From IMG/VR virus record IMGVR_UViG_3300028029_000124: a stretch of 64,000 bases of DNA. One strand, given 5' to 3'. A model generated the notes under the pieces. The model searched no databases. It was not told the DNA's origin and saw only the letters and a list, made by a program, of their open reading frames with translations. The DNA comes from a virus. The position numbers and the translations under genes were made by a program. Below, in pieces: positions 49,224 to 58,071 of this stretch; position 1 is the stretch's first letter; each line of letters begins with the position of its first letter.

Positions 49224-50072
49224 CTACTTACTAATTTCGGTGTCACCAAATATCTGCGCTTCGCCAAACACCTCAGCCGATCCGCACACATGGGCATCTC
49301 CGAACACCCAAGCTAAGCCGTGCACCAGCGCCCGCACGGACACCTTAGAATTACCAAACACTTTAGCGTTTCCGGATACCCGAGCCGAGCCGAACACCCG
49401 AGCAGAGCCGAACATTTGCGCGTAGTCCAACACTCTCGCCGAGTCGAACACCTCAGCATCTTCGCATATCCACGCATAACCGCACACATTCGCCGAGCCG
49501 GACACCTGCGCATCGCCGGACACCTTCGCGCTGCCGTACACCTGTACCTCACCACACACCAGTGCCGATTCGAACACCAGTGCCGATTCGAACACCAGTG
49601 CATGACCGTACACCTTCGCCGAGCCGTACACCTTCGCCGAGTCGTGCACCTTAGCGCAGTCGTACACCTCCGCCGATCCGAACACCTTCGCTTCTCCACA
49701 TATAACCGCATCGCTGTATACCCTAGCCCTACCAAACACCTGTACCTCACCACTCACCCGAGCCGAGCCGTACACCCGCGCCGAGCCGTACACCCGCGCC
49801 GAGCCGTACACCAGCGCCGAGTCGGACACCAGCGCCGAGCCGTACACCCACGCGTAGTCGAACACCTTCGCCGAGCCGGACACCCGCGCCGCGCCACACA
49901 CCAGCGCCGAGCCGTACACCTGCGCCCGGCCGCACACCTGTGCATCGGGTCCAACAAACGCAGTATCGTCTACGGTTGCCGTATCTTCTACGAGACCGCC
50001 GCCGTGGGGGTGGTGGTGCCAACCTGTAGGGGCGACGGATAGTTCGGTAAGATCTGTTTTTCCTTGTGCCAT
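49224..50072 (-). CDS. Hexapeptide-repeat (LbH) protein
   Basis: Shared leader, hexads, ends GDTEISK*. Confidence 0.85.
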   Translation of the reverse strand: MAQGKTDLTELSVAPTGWHHHPHGGGLVEDTATVDDTAFVGPDAQVCGRAQVYGSALVCGAARVSGSAKVFDYAWVYGSALVSDSALVYGSARVYGSARVYGSARVSGEVQVFGRARVYSDAVICGEAKVFGSAEVYDCAKVHDSAKVYGSAKVYGHALVFESALVFESALVCGEVQVYGSAKVSGDAQVSGSANVCGYAWICEDAEVFDSARVLDYAQMFGSARVFGSARVSGNAKVFGNSKVSVRALVHGLAWVFGDAHVCGSAEVFGEAQIFGDTEISK

Positions 50073-50192
50073 TTTTCGTCCTATCTATTAGACTGGTGTT
50101 GTGAGCGACTATTCAAAAAGGGAGTAAAAATAACCGTCCCGGCACCCCGAAACCTCCGTGCGGTGAGCTACGGAGTTTTGAGATGCTTATTT

Positions 50193-50771
50193 TTACCGCC
50201 TAACAATTTCTTTTCCGCGTACCTTATCTTCGCCACACACCCGCGCCGAACCACGCACCCTAGCTTCGCCGGACACTTCCGCCGATCCATACACTTCCGC
50301 CGATCCATACACTTCCGCCGATCCATGCACCTTCGCATGGCCACATATCTGCGCCTCCTCATGCGCACGCGCCGAGCCGCACACTCGAGCATCTCCGTAC
50401 ATCGACACATCTCCGTACATCGACGCATCTCCGTACGTCCGCGACGAGCCGTGTATCACCGCACCGCCGTAAACCCGAGCTTCGCCGTAAACCCGAGCTT
50501 CGCCGGACACCCACGCCTCGTCAAATACCTGCGCCGAGCCATATATCCTAGCTCCTATGGACACTATCCCCAGGCCGTACACCCGCGCCCGGCCGTACAC
50601 CTCCGCGTGATCTAGCACCCTCGCCCGGCCGTATACCCCAGCATCCGGCCCAACAAACGCAGTATCGTCTACGGTTGCCGTATCTTCTACGAGCCCACCG
50701 CCGTTTGGGTGGCGGTGCCAACCAGGAGGAGCAGAGGAAAGCCTAGTTAGATTTGTTTTTACTTGCTTCAT
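50193..50771 (-). CDS. Hexapeptide-repeat (LbH) protein
   Basis: Shared leader and hexads. Confidence 0.85.
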   Translation of the reverse strand: MKQVKTNLTRLSSAPPGWHRHPNGGGLVEDTATVDDTAFVGPDAGVYGRARVLDHAEVYGRARVYGLGIVSIGARIYGSAQVFDEAWVSGEARVYGEARVYGGAVIHGSSRTYGDASMYGDVSMYGDARVCGSARAHEEAQICGHAKVHGSAEVYGSAEVYGSAEVSGEARVRGSARVCGEDKVRGKEIVRR

Positions 50772-50893
50772 TTTTTGTCCCTATTTCTTAGACTCTGGTT
50801 GTCTAAACGTATTCAAAATAAAAGAAAGAAAATAATCGTCCTAGCACCTCGAAACCCCGTGCGGTGAGCTACGGGGTCGATCAAAGATCGGTG

Positions 50894-51523
50894 CTACCGA
50901 TCTTTGACGCACCAATTTCCGTTGACGCTAATCAAAATTCCGTGATCATCCCAAGAATATATCTCGGCAGTGTCCACCGGGGCGGGGCCGCCGAAAACGC
51001 GTAGGCCGGTCACGTCTATCCCGATATCCATTAGCGACTTGCACGCACCATCGGGACCACAGATAGAATTTTCTGCTCGATTCAACGTCTCGGCCAATTC
51101 CTCCAGGCTGTCGGAGTCGACTACGGCCTGCGCTTCCTCGGATAATTCTGAATCCATGTATGTGATTGTCGTTACGCGAGATCCGTCATATGAGCGGTTA
51201 GCCCCTGTATCCGTGACGCGCAAAATTCCACAATATGCGATATCGACGACGATGACACCCCCATGACGCGACCCCACGACGCTCTTCTGCCGCCACACGG
51301 TATCCCCGTCCACCCCCGCGGGCAGGCTAGGGTGGATGGTTATGTCATGTGACGCACATAGTTCGCCATTAAAGTGAACACCTACGGTCCACGTGTACGA
51401 CCTATCGTCCGTAGACAGATCTCCGGCGAATTGTTTGGCGGCGTCGTACGGACACGCGGCTAGCACCAGATATTTTTCTTCGCATCCAACAGTATCACAA
51501 TAGTATGTTTTTTCTTGTGTCAT
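50894..51523 (-). CDS. Non-LbH cargo protein beginning with the LbH leader MTQEKT
   Basis: Full junction elements on both sides; only the first six residues resemble the LbH genes. Confidence 0.75.
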   Translation of the reverse strand: MTQEKTYYCDTVGCEEKYLVLAACPYDAAKQFAGDLSTDDRSYTWTVGVHFNGELCASHDITIHPSLPAGVDGDTVWRQKSVVGSRHGGVIVVDIAYCGILRVTDTGANRSYDGSRVTTITYMDSELSEEAQAVVDSDSLEELAETLNRAENSICGPDGACKSLMDIGIDVTGLRVFGGPAPVDTAEIYSWDDHGILISVNGNWCVKDR

Positions 51524-51619
51524 TTTTTGTCCTATCTATTAGACTCGGGTTGGCTCAACATATTCAAAATAAAAGAAATAAAACAACCGTCCTAGCACCC
51601 CGAAACCCCGTGCGGCTAG

Positions 51620-52261
51620 CTACCTACTCGGCATAATTAAAATTTCCCAATACCCCCCCGAGGTACCTATATAATCCGAGCAGCTCAACATGAAAATTAT
51701 CGGGTCCATGGCACCCACTCCCAGATACATATCCACAACACTAGGGTTCCTTCCGTCGGCTAGCTTGAGCATCCGCGCCAACAATTGAATGTTCACACGT
51801 ATGTCGCTCGCACGCTTATTTTCGGGTCTTTCTGCAGACTGCACGGCAGCAGAGTAAATTGTGCCTAGCTTGGCACCAACGACCATACCGGAGCTGTTTA
51901 CCCGCACACGCTCGGTAACAGAAAATTTTCCTGACATCTGTACACCATCCACACAAATTGTGGCTACTCCTTCACCTGAATCGTACGGTGCTTGTACGGA
52001 TATAACCGATTTACGCCCAGCCGATTTTAGTGCTATTTCTGCGCACGCTAGTGGTAGGCAGTGAAATGTGTCCGGAATTTCGCGCACGTGTTCACTCCCT
52101 CTGTCCGTACGGACGGCGCACGCATGACCGTCAGTAGCAGCTAGGTGATGTCTAGACACTAACAACGGTAACAGATAAGAATCTTCCTTATTTCCTACAA
52201 TCTTGGACGCAGACGCTATCAAGAAAGACAACTCTTTTTTTGTGATTATGTGGCTAACCAT
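51620..52261 (-). CDS. Sliding-clamp (DNA Pol III beta)-like partial protein
   Basis: LAATDGHACAV and RVNIQLLARML resemble beta-clamp domain motifs; much shorter than DnaN. Confidence 0.45.
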   Translation of the reverse strand: MVSHIITKKELSFLIASASKIVGNKEDSYLLPLLVSRHHLAATDGHACAVRTDRGSEHVREIPDTFHCLPLACAEIALKSAGRKSVISVQAPYDSGEGVATICVDGVQMSGKFSVTERVRVNSSGMVVGAKLGTIYSAAVQSAERPENKRASDIRVNIQLLARMLKLADGRNPSVVDMYLGVGAMDPIIFMLSCSDYIGTSGGYWEILIMPSR

Positions 52262-52389
52262 TTTTTGCTCTATCTATTAGACTCGGGTCGGCTAAACATA
52301 TTCAAAATAAAAGAAAGAAAATAATCGTCCCGGCACCTCGAAGCCCCGTGCGGTGAGCTACGGGGGCCAGGGCCGATAGGATAATAGTA

Positions 52390-52947
52390 CTAATTCCTAA
52401 TTTCGGTGTCGCCGGACACATCCGCCGAGTCGAGCACCCACGCCTGGCCGCGCACCTGCGCTTCGCCGCGCACCTGCGACGAGCCGGACACCCGAGCCAT
52501 TTCGAACACCTGAGCCGCGCCGAATACACTAGCCCCGTCGGACACCTCCGCAGAGCCGTACACCCGCGCGGATCCGTATATCGCCGCGCCCGACACCCGC
52601 GCCGAGCCAGACACTCTCGCCGAACCGAATATCACAGTATCCCCGCATATATGTGCTCCGTCACTAATCTGGGATTTTTCGTTTACCCACACCTCGCCGG
52701 ATACCTTCGCGCGGCCGGACACCCGCGCCGAGCCAGATATCCACGCCGAGCCAGATATCCGCGCCGAGTCCAGTATCTGCGCATCCCCGTACACTTGCGC
52801 TTCCTCGCTGACCTGTGCGTCAGGTCCAACAAACGCAGTAGGTGCTGCGGTAGCCGTGTCCTCTACGAGCCCGCCACCGTTTGGGTGGCGGCTCCATCCG
52901 GTAGGAGCGACGGATAATTTGGTCAAATCTGTTTTTTCCAGTCTCAT
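52390..52947 (-). CDS. Hexapeptide-repeat (LbH) protein
   Basis: Shared leader, hexads, ends GDTEIRN*. Confidence 0.85.
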   Translation of the reverse strand: MRLEKTDLTKLSVAPTGWSRHPNGGGLVEDTATAAPTAFVGPDAQVSEEAQVYGDAQILDSARISGSAWISGSARVSGRAKVSGEVWVNEKSQISDGAHICGDTVIFGSARVSGSARVSGAAIYGSARVYGSAEVSDGASVFGAAQVFEMARVSGSSQVRGEAQVRGQAWVLDSADVSGDTEIRN

Positions 52948-53019
52948 TTTTTGTCCCTATCTATTAGACTCGGGCCGGATAAACGCATTCAAAATAAGCG
53001 AAATAAAAGAAATTGAACT

Positions 53020-53286
53020 TCATTCTACGGGATACGCGCATTCTATGTTTTCCCCGCAAGCGTCGCACGATAAATTGTCGTCCTTCCAATTTATACCTCC
53101 CTCGGTATCCCCGGGTGGTCCCGACAGATTCGACTCAGCTACCGACGCGCAATCGGGACAGTATGCGGCATGGTCGCACACATAATATATCGGGTATCCC
53201 CCCACGAGAGTGAATTTGCGCGCACCACCCGCAGGCATAGTGTCGATCACGGAGATTGTTTTTTCGTTTCCAGACATCCTGGTCAT
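53020..53286 (-). CDS. Small putative Zn-binding protein
   Basis: GGYPIYY, CPDC and CDAC pairs. Confidence 0.65.
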   Translation of the reverse strand: MTRMSGNEKTISVIDTMPAGGARKFTLVGGYPIYYVCDHAAYCPDCASVAESNLSGPPGDTEGGINWKDDNLSCDACGENIECAYPVE

Positions 53287-53671
53287 TTAGACGGATATTG
53301 TTCGTCACCTATTCAATAAAATAAAATAAAATAAAAAGAATAATCGAGGAAGAATACACGTCTAAATTGCGTGAACGTCGCAAAAAACATCTCTTCCGCA
53401 CTATCGTCGCACGTACTAATTGCCGCTTTCGCGATGTTTGCGCGAAAGCGTCAATCTCGCCTATACACGGCGGCGAGTTACCGGGACTGTCAATTACTTG
53501 ACGCGGCAGGCATCGGCGTAGGGTTTCGCGCAGGTGACGCACATTATGCTATGCTATTGACGCCGCGTGGTACGCGATTACTGCGCGCGTACCGAAATAT
53601 GGGAGAGGAAAGAAATAAAAATAATGAGGATAAAAATAGTGTTACGGAGTCTAATTAGATAGGGACAGAGG

Positions 53672-53983
53672 ATGACAAAAACTAAAAATTACTCGGCAGA
53701 AAAAACTGAGATGCATATATGGATCAGCAATACGGAGAACCTCTATGCGCATATTATCCGCATGGAGGAGGAATCACTAAAAAAAGCAGCCGCGGGTAAA
53801 TATACCCGAGCGGCTGCAATCAGATTGTGGAGGCGCGTGGTAAACGACGGGGCCACATATTGCGCTAAGTCCGGAGGGCGAACATTCCCAAAATTGTTGT
53901 GCGAGGAAATAGCTACAGAAATGGTAGAAGAATTCGAGGAAACCGGAGAATTCAGGAATCTGCGGCCAACTCGTTCAATTTGA
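53672..53983 (+). CDS. Hypothetical helical protein
   Basis: Preceded by an inverted copy of the cassette promoter/RBS segment (GAGTCTAATTAGATAGGGAC). Confidence 0.7.
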   Translation: MTKTKNYSAEKTEMHIWISNTENLYAHIIRMEEESLKKAAAGKYTRAAAIRLWRRVVNDGATYCAKSGGRTFPKLLCEEIATEMVEEFEETGEFRNLRPTRSI

Positions 53984-55034
53984 GAAGCATCGTAGTTTGG
54001 TCCGCTGACAGTAACGCACTGATCCGCACTAAATTCGGACCGGCCATTAGCAGGTCGCGAAAAGATAACACCGCCTCGGCGGTGGCGACATCATCGCCCC
54101 TAGACGTAGCAAATTGCAGCGCCTCCAACTCAAGGGCGGACAACAATTGCCCAATCTCTAGCGCTTGATCGGAGGACAACGAATCTCTAAACGCATGCGC
54201 GAACACTGTGAGTGGATTAGTCCGCAGGTCAATATCAGAGGACAGGTCAATATCTGTAGGAGTATGCTCCTCATTCTCAGCATTGATCTCTTGTTTTTCC
54301 ACTTGCGTTTCTTCGCCCGGTTTCGCTCTAGATTGCATATATGCACCGAATTGAGTCACTGCAGCGGGGGCCGCCATTTTTAACATGTCAATCAACGCGG
54401 CCTGGTTTTGGCCCTTCATTTTGTCGGCAGCTAGATTGCGCTCCACGTCCAGAGTGAGGGCCATCGCGTTAGATTGCATGGCCAGCCCCTTGTGATATTT
54501 ATCGACCAACAATTCGTTAGTTTTTAATAGTTGGTGTATCTGTTGTGTAGAGCTGTGTGAGAATTCAAGTATTCGGTTGTTCTGCGCTTCCAGGTGCGCG
54601 TTTTGTATCGTTATGAAATGTGCTTGCTGCTGCAGCACCATACCAATTATGCTTGACATGTCCGAATCTGAGGCGTCAAGTATTGCCTCTGAATCGTCGC
54701 CAAGTCCTTGCTTAAACGAGAACGTCTTTTTGTCCTCTTTCCCGGATATGATGCGCACGAACCTTGCTCGGTAGGTGGCGGGCTCTCCCGAATCCTCAAC
54801 GTCATAGGCAGCAATTGCTACGATTAGAGTGGCTATATGCTCTGCTGTGTCCGAAGGTTCGCCGTCTATACTCTCGGACAGCGCAAAACCGTTCACCTTC
54901 TTCCACGATTTCCTTATTCTCTTCTCTACCGCTACTCGTACCAGGTCCTTGCTGAGCTTATCTACGCGCTCAAGTAGCCTATCCGGTAGAGGAAAGGCTT
55001 CCGACGTGGGGTCAAAATGGTTGTCTAGTTGCAT
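53952..55034 (-). CDS. Coiled-coil hypothetical protein
   Basis: Long ORF with Gln/Leu-rich heptads; probable start MQLDNH at 55034 (track gives 55169). Confidence 0.7.
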   Translation of the reverse strand: MQLDNHFDPTSEAFPLPDRLLERVDKLSKDLVRVAVEKRIRKSWKKVNGFALSESIDGEPSDTAEHIATLIVAIAAYDVEDSGEPATYRARFVRIISGKEDKKTFSFKQGLGDDSEAILDASDSDMSSIIGMVLQQQAHFITIQNAHLEAQNNRILEFSHSSTQQIHQLLKTNELLVDKYHKGLAMQSNAMALTLDVERNLAADKMKGQNQAALIDMLKMAAPAAVTQFGAYMQSRAKPGEETQVEKQEINAENEEHTPTDIDLSSDIDLRTNPLTVFAHAFRDSLSSDQALEIGQLLSALELEALQFATSRGDDVATAEAVLSFRDLLMAGPNLVRISALLSADQTTMLLKLNELAADS

Positions 55035-55307
55035 TATTTGTCCTCCGCTGCGAAGTAACGCAGCTAGGAGAGCGTATACCAGGCGCAAAAACATATCCAA
55101 TTTACCTCGTACACAAGTAAAAACACCAAGGATTACAGCACCTTGGAAAAATACACTTGTGGTGCACACAAGACATCAAATAATTGCTTGCGTAAGAGTA
55201 TGTAATTTATGTAAATTACATATAGATATCGCCGTGTATGTATGCGGTGAGTTACTACCACCACCAGATGCTTACATCGCATTTAGCGAATTACTAAGGA
55301 CTACAAA

Positions 55308-55724
55308 CATGGCAATTGATAAATCAGATCTTATGAAGCTTCCTAAAGAGGAAGTCGTTAGCGGTTTCGCACGTATGACCGCAAGCTTGCGCAAGAGCAA
55401 GGAAGTCGCACGACGCAAAGCCGAAGACGTCATGGAATACGCAATTAGCGGCGGTGCGTCATTCGGTGTCGGATATTGGATTGGTACTACCAAGGGAGAG
55501 CACGCGCTCTCAGGAACAGACCCCACCGAAGACCTAAAGATTGTAGGTGTCGATAAGGACCTACTAATCGGAGGAGCTTTGGCCGTCATGGGAATTACCG
55601 GCATCGGAGGAAAGAAAGCGTCGGCAGCAGCATCCTCAGCAGGCAAGGGCGTCTTGTCGTATTGGGCGGGCAGCGCGGGCGAACGCATGGCGATTGAGCG
55701 TGCCACCGAAGAGGATTCGAGCAT
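55308..55724 (+). CDS. Small membrane-associated protein
   Basis: Probable start MAIDKS; two Gly-rich hydrophobic segments (GGASFGVGYWIG; LLIGGALAVMGITGIG). Confidence 0.7.
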
Positions 55725-55800
55725 CTAAAATTGTTGGGTGTTTGACTACCTAGCGAACACCTATATTTTGTTCTAGCGTTCCGAGAAGAAGTATAGACGC

Positions 55801-55826
55801 GCGAAATGCGCATATGCGCACTTCGC
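55801..55826. promoter_or_regulatory. 26-bp near-perfect palindrome, candidate operator
   Basis: GCGAAATGCGCAT|ATGCGCACTTCGC, one mismatch, about 100 bp upstream of 55929. Confidence 0.55.
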
Positions 55827-55928
55827 ACATATTAGTCTTTCTAGGGGAAGAAGAGCGCGCAGGGTATAACTAAATTGTGTGAGATATCTCACACATAACC
55901 AATCACAACCTGCAAAAGGAATACTACT

Positions 55929-56513
55929 ATGTCTCGACAACGAATTATCGCGGGGCGCTCGCGCGCACCATGGGCCGGGCTTTCCGGCAACTCTGAAGGT
56001 TACGCCGGCGGAAGCTGCCCCACGGGCAACAACAACGTCAACGATAACCGATACTCATGCCAATCGAGTATGTGTGAAGACGAGGCACCCGTCTGCGGGT
56101 GCAACGTAATCGGCGCCAACACGTTTGACACCGATCAGAACGGGGTCGCGGCAGGTGTTAGCCGCAAGCTCAGCATCGACGCAGGCGACGCATGTCGCTG
56201 GCAGCCACGATCTATGTTGATCGTCGGGTACGACGCTGACGCAGCAAACGCAGAGCGTTTGTCCTCTCCCGTCGTTCAAACCCCCACTGTGCTATTGACT
56301 GCCAGTGTCGGAACAATTCCGATGATTCGGCGCACAGGCGCCAACAGCTTCGGAATTATCAGCGACGGTTATAGTGACCGCAAAGAGATCACTTGCGTCG
56401 ATTGGGCACCATTCACGTCGGTGCAAAATCAGGGTCTCACTCTGGAGTTTCTCCAGGTCGGCGCGAACCCGCTGCACATCTTCGTGATCCTCTGGGGCGA
56501 TAACCTCGGGTAG
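55929..56513 (+). CDS. Beta-rich protein, candidate single jelly-roll capsid protein
   Basis: Basic/Cys-rich N-arm then alternating beta-strand patterns; followed by a strong terminator. Fold call is inference. Confidence 0.4.
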   Translation: MSRQRIIAGRSRAPWAGLSGNSEGYAGGSCPTGNNNVNDNRYSCQSSMCEDEAPVCGCNVIGANTFDTDQNGVAAGVSRKLSIDAGDACRWQPRSMLIVGYDADAANAERLSSPVVQTPTVLLTASVGTIPMIRRTGANSFGIISDGYSDRKEITCVDWAPFTSVQNQGLTLEFLQVGANPLHIFVILWGDNLG

Positions 56514-56519
56514 TGCGTG

Positions 56520-56554
56520 CGCAGCAAGACCTACATTATGTAGGTCTTGCTGCG
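56520..56554 (+). terminator. Intrinsic terminator
   Basis: CGCAGCAAGACCTACAT-T-ATGTAGGTCTTGCTGCG perfect 17-bp arms followed by TATTATTTTT. Confidence 0.8.
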
Positions 56555-56614
56555 TATTATTTTTATAGTTATATTTTATTTAGGTATTATATACCTAACG
56601 ACATACAGGGAAAA

Positions 56615-57580
56615 ATGCGCGCACCATACCTAACGGCAGCTACGGCAAATGTCGCCATAAACACTTGTGCGGGTACGAGAGACCCTAACGGCGGACCACT
56701 GCTAAGCATGCCACCGGCATGGAATAGGCAGAGGCAGTATAGTGGGCTGTGGTGGGATGGAGGACAATTTTCTCCTACACTAACGAAGTCCGAACGTGAC
56801 TTCTTGATGCAACAAACGCCCGATCCTTTGACAGAGGTAGGGGATTTACTTTTTGTTCACGCAGAGTCCACCACGTGGTGGACTGTAGACTTGTGGGGCA
56901 TGGAGGTATCTAGGTACATCGAGTTTGGGCTACCCGGTGTGTCATCGCTATCCCAAGGAGAGGTGATAGCAGAAAATCGCAGATTTACCCGTATAAAGGC
57001 ACGAGTTACGTGGGAAAACACTCAAGTTCCTAGATCTGTGGACGTAGATGTTGGCCCAGGAACTAGGTTCTCTGTCGCCGCTAACGCGGTGCGCGTAACC
57101 CCACTAATACCAAAAAACCATATGTTTGTGGAGGTCGGCACGACCACGAACACAGCAAGAGACAACAATATAGTGCTACCTACAGGCAACTCCGGGGGCC
57201 TGGTACTTGACTCCATCATAGGTGGGTCAATATACCCATGCTTTTCTCCGTCTGCGGGAACAACTGCTACATATACTCAAACCATTCGGCAGTTGTCCTC
57301 TAATGATCCAGGGGTTGTTCCCCAACTAAACGTAAGCGTCCCTCCCGCAGCAAAGCGAGTCTCCATATATGTCCAAGGGGACCCATTCCTATCGCCTTGG
57401 TACTGGGTAGTAGCATCTGCGGGATCTAGTACGCCTGACCTAGGTCCCTCTATAACTTTCGACGCATCGCTGGGTGCGGTGGCCAACATAGGAGTCCCTC
57501 AGAACGTAATAGGAATCCTCATGCCTGCTCCAGCAGCCATGAGGAGAACCTGGACGATAGTGTGGGATCTAGAACTATGA
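56615..57580 (+). CDS. Beta-rich putative virion protein
   Basis: Probable start MRAPYL at 56615; ends RTWTIVWDLEL. Confidence 0.65.
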   Translation: MRAPYLTAATANVAINTCAGTRDPNGGPLLSMPPAWNRQRQYSGLWWDGGQFSPTLTKSERDFLMQQTPDPLTEVGDLLFVHAESTTWWTVDLWGMEVSRYIEFGLPGVSSLSQGEVIAENRRFTRIKARVTWENTQVPRSVDVDVGPGTRFSVAANAVRVTPLIPKNHMFVEVGTTTNTARDNNIVLPTGNSGGLVLDSIIGGSIYPCFSPSAGTTATYTQTIRQLSSNDPGVVPQLNVSVPPAAKRVSIYVQGDPFLSPWYWVVASAGSSTPDLGPSITFDASLGAVANIGVPQNVIGILMPAPAAMRRTWTIVWDLEL

Positions 57581-58071
57581 GCAGCATATACACAGATGTA
57601 CAGATAGCCTCCGGAGCATTCTCTAACGACTCATTCTCTAACGGAGGCGTATTTTCCCCTACGTCGCCAGAATACCCAATTGCTTTCAGGATACCCGCTG
57701 TTCCTGGGGCTATCGTACGCATAGAGGACATACAAATATCTGCCGATGGCCTGCACGATATGGAGATATGGTGGTCGCCTATAAAGACAGAGATTATACC
57801 AATCTCTGTCCCTGTAGCTGGAGGTACATCTGGATACACACTCATATACAAGTACGCCGCAAGGCGACAAGCATCACCGTTCGGAGAGCCTGACGATTCG
57901 GGCAGAACACTGCAGAAGCCTTTGTATATGGGCGGTAATTTATCCGCGAGCGGAGAACAAAATTCTGGTGGTGTAGGTACGATACAATTCGTAATGCCTG
58001 GAGCAGTGTCCGCAGCACTGCGAGCCATGACCACATACACGTATACGCCCACAGGAGGGGCAGCACTATGA
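57577..58071 (+). CDS. Beta-rich putative virion protein
   Basis: ATGA overlap with the previous stop (MSSIYT). Confidence 0.65.
   Translation: MSSIYTDVQIASGAFSNDSFSNGGVFSPTSPEYPIAFRIPAVPGAIVRIEDIQISADGLHDMEIWWSPIKTEIIPISVPVAGGTSGYTLIYKYAARRQASPFGEPDDSGRTLQKPLYMGGNLSASGEQNSGGVGTIQFVMPGAVSAALRAMTTYTYTPTGGAAL

Noticed and set aside
181-52947. Diversity-generating retroelement acting on LbH repeats (TAC/TTC/TCC/TGC and NNG variation)
   Set aside because: No reverse transcriptase motif in the window and no template/variable pair differing only at adenines; the pattern also follows from the hexad consensus. An RT outside the window cannot be excluded.
53350-53600. Possible structured ncRNA in the divergent intergenic gap
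   Set aside because: Only short stems (e.g. GGTACGCG/CGCGTACC) seen; not enough to call without covariation data.
54829-55728. 299-aa plus-strand ORF
   Set aside because: Composite of antisense frames over 53952..55034 and an alternative frame of 55308..55724; no coherent features.
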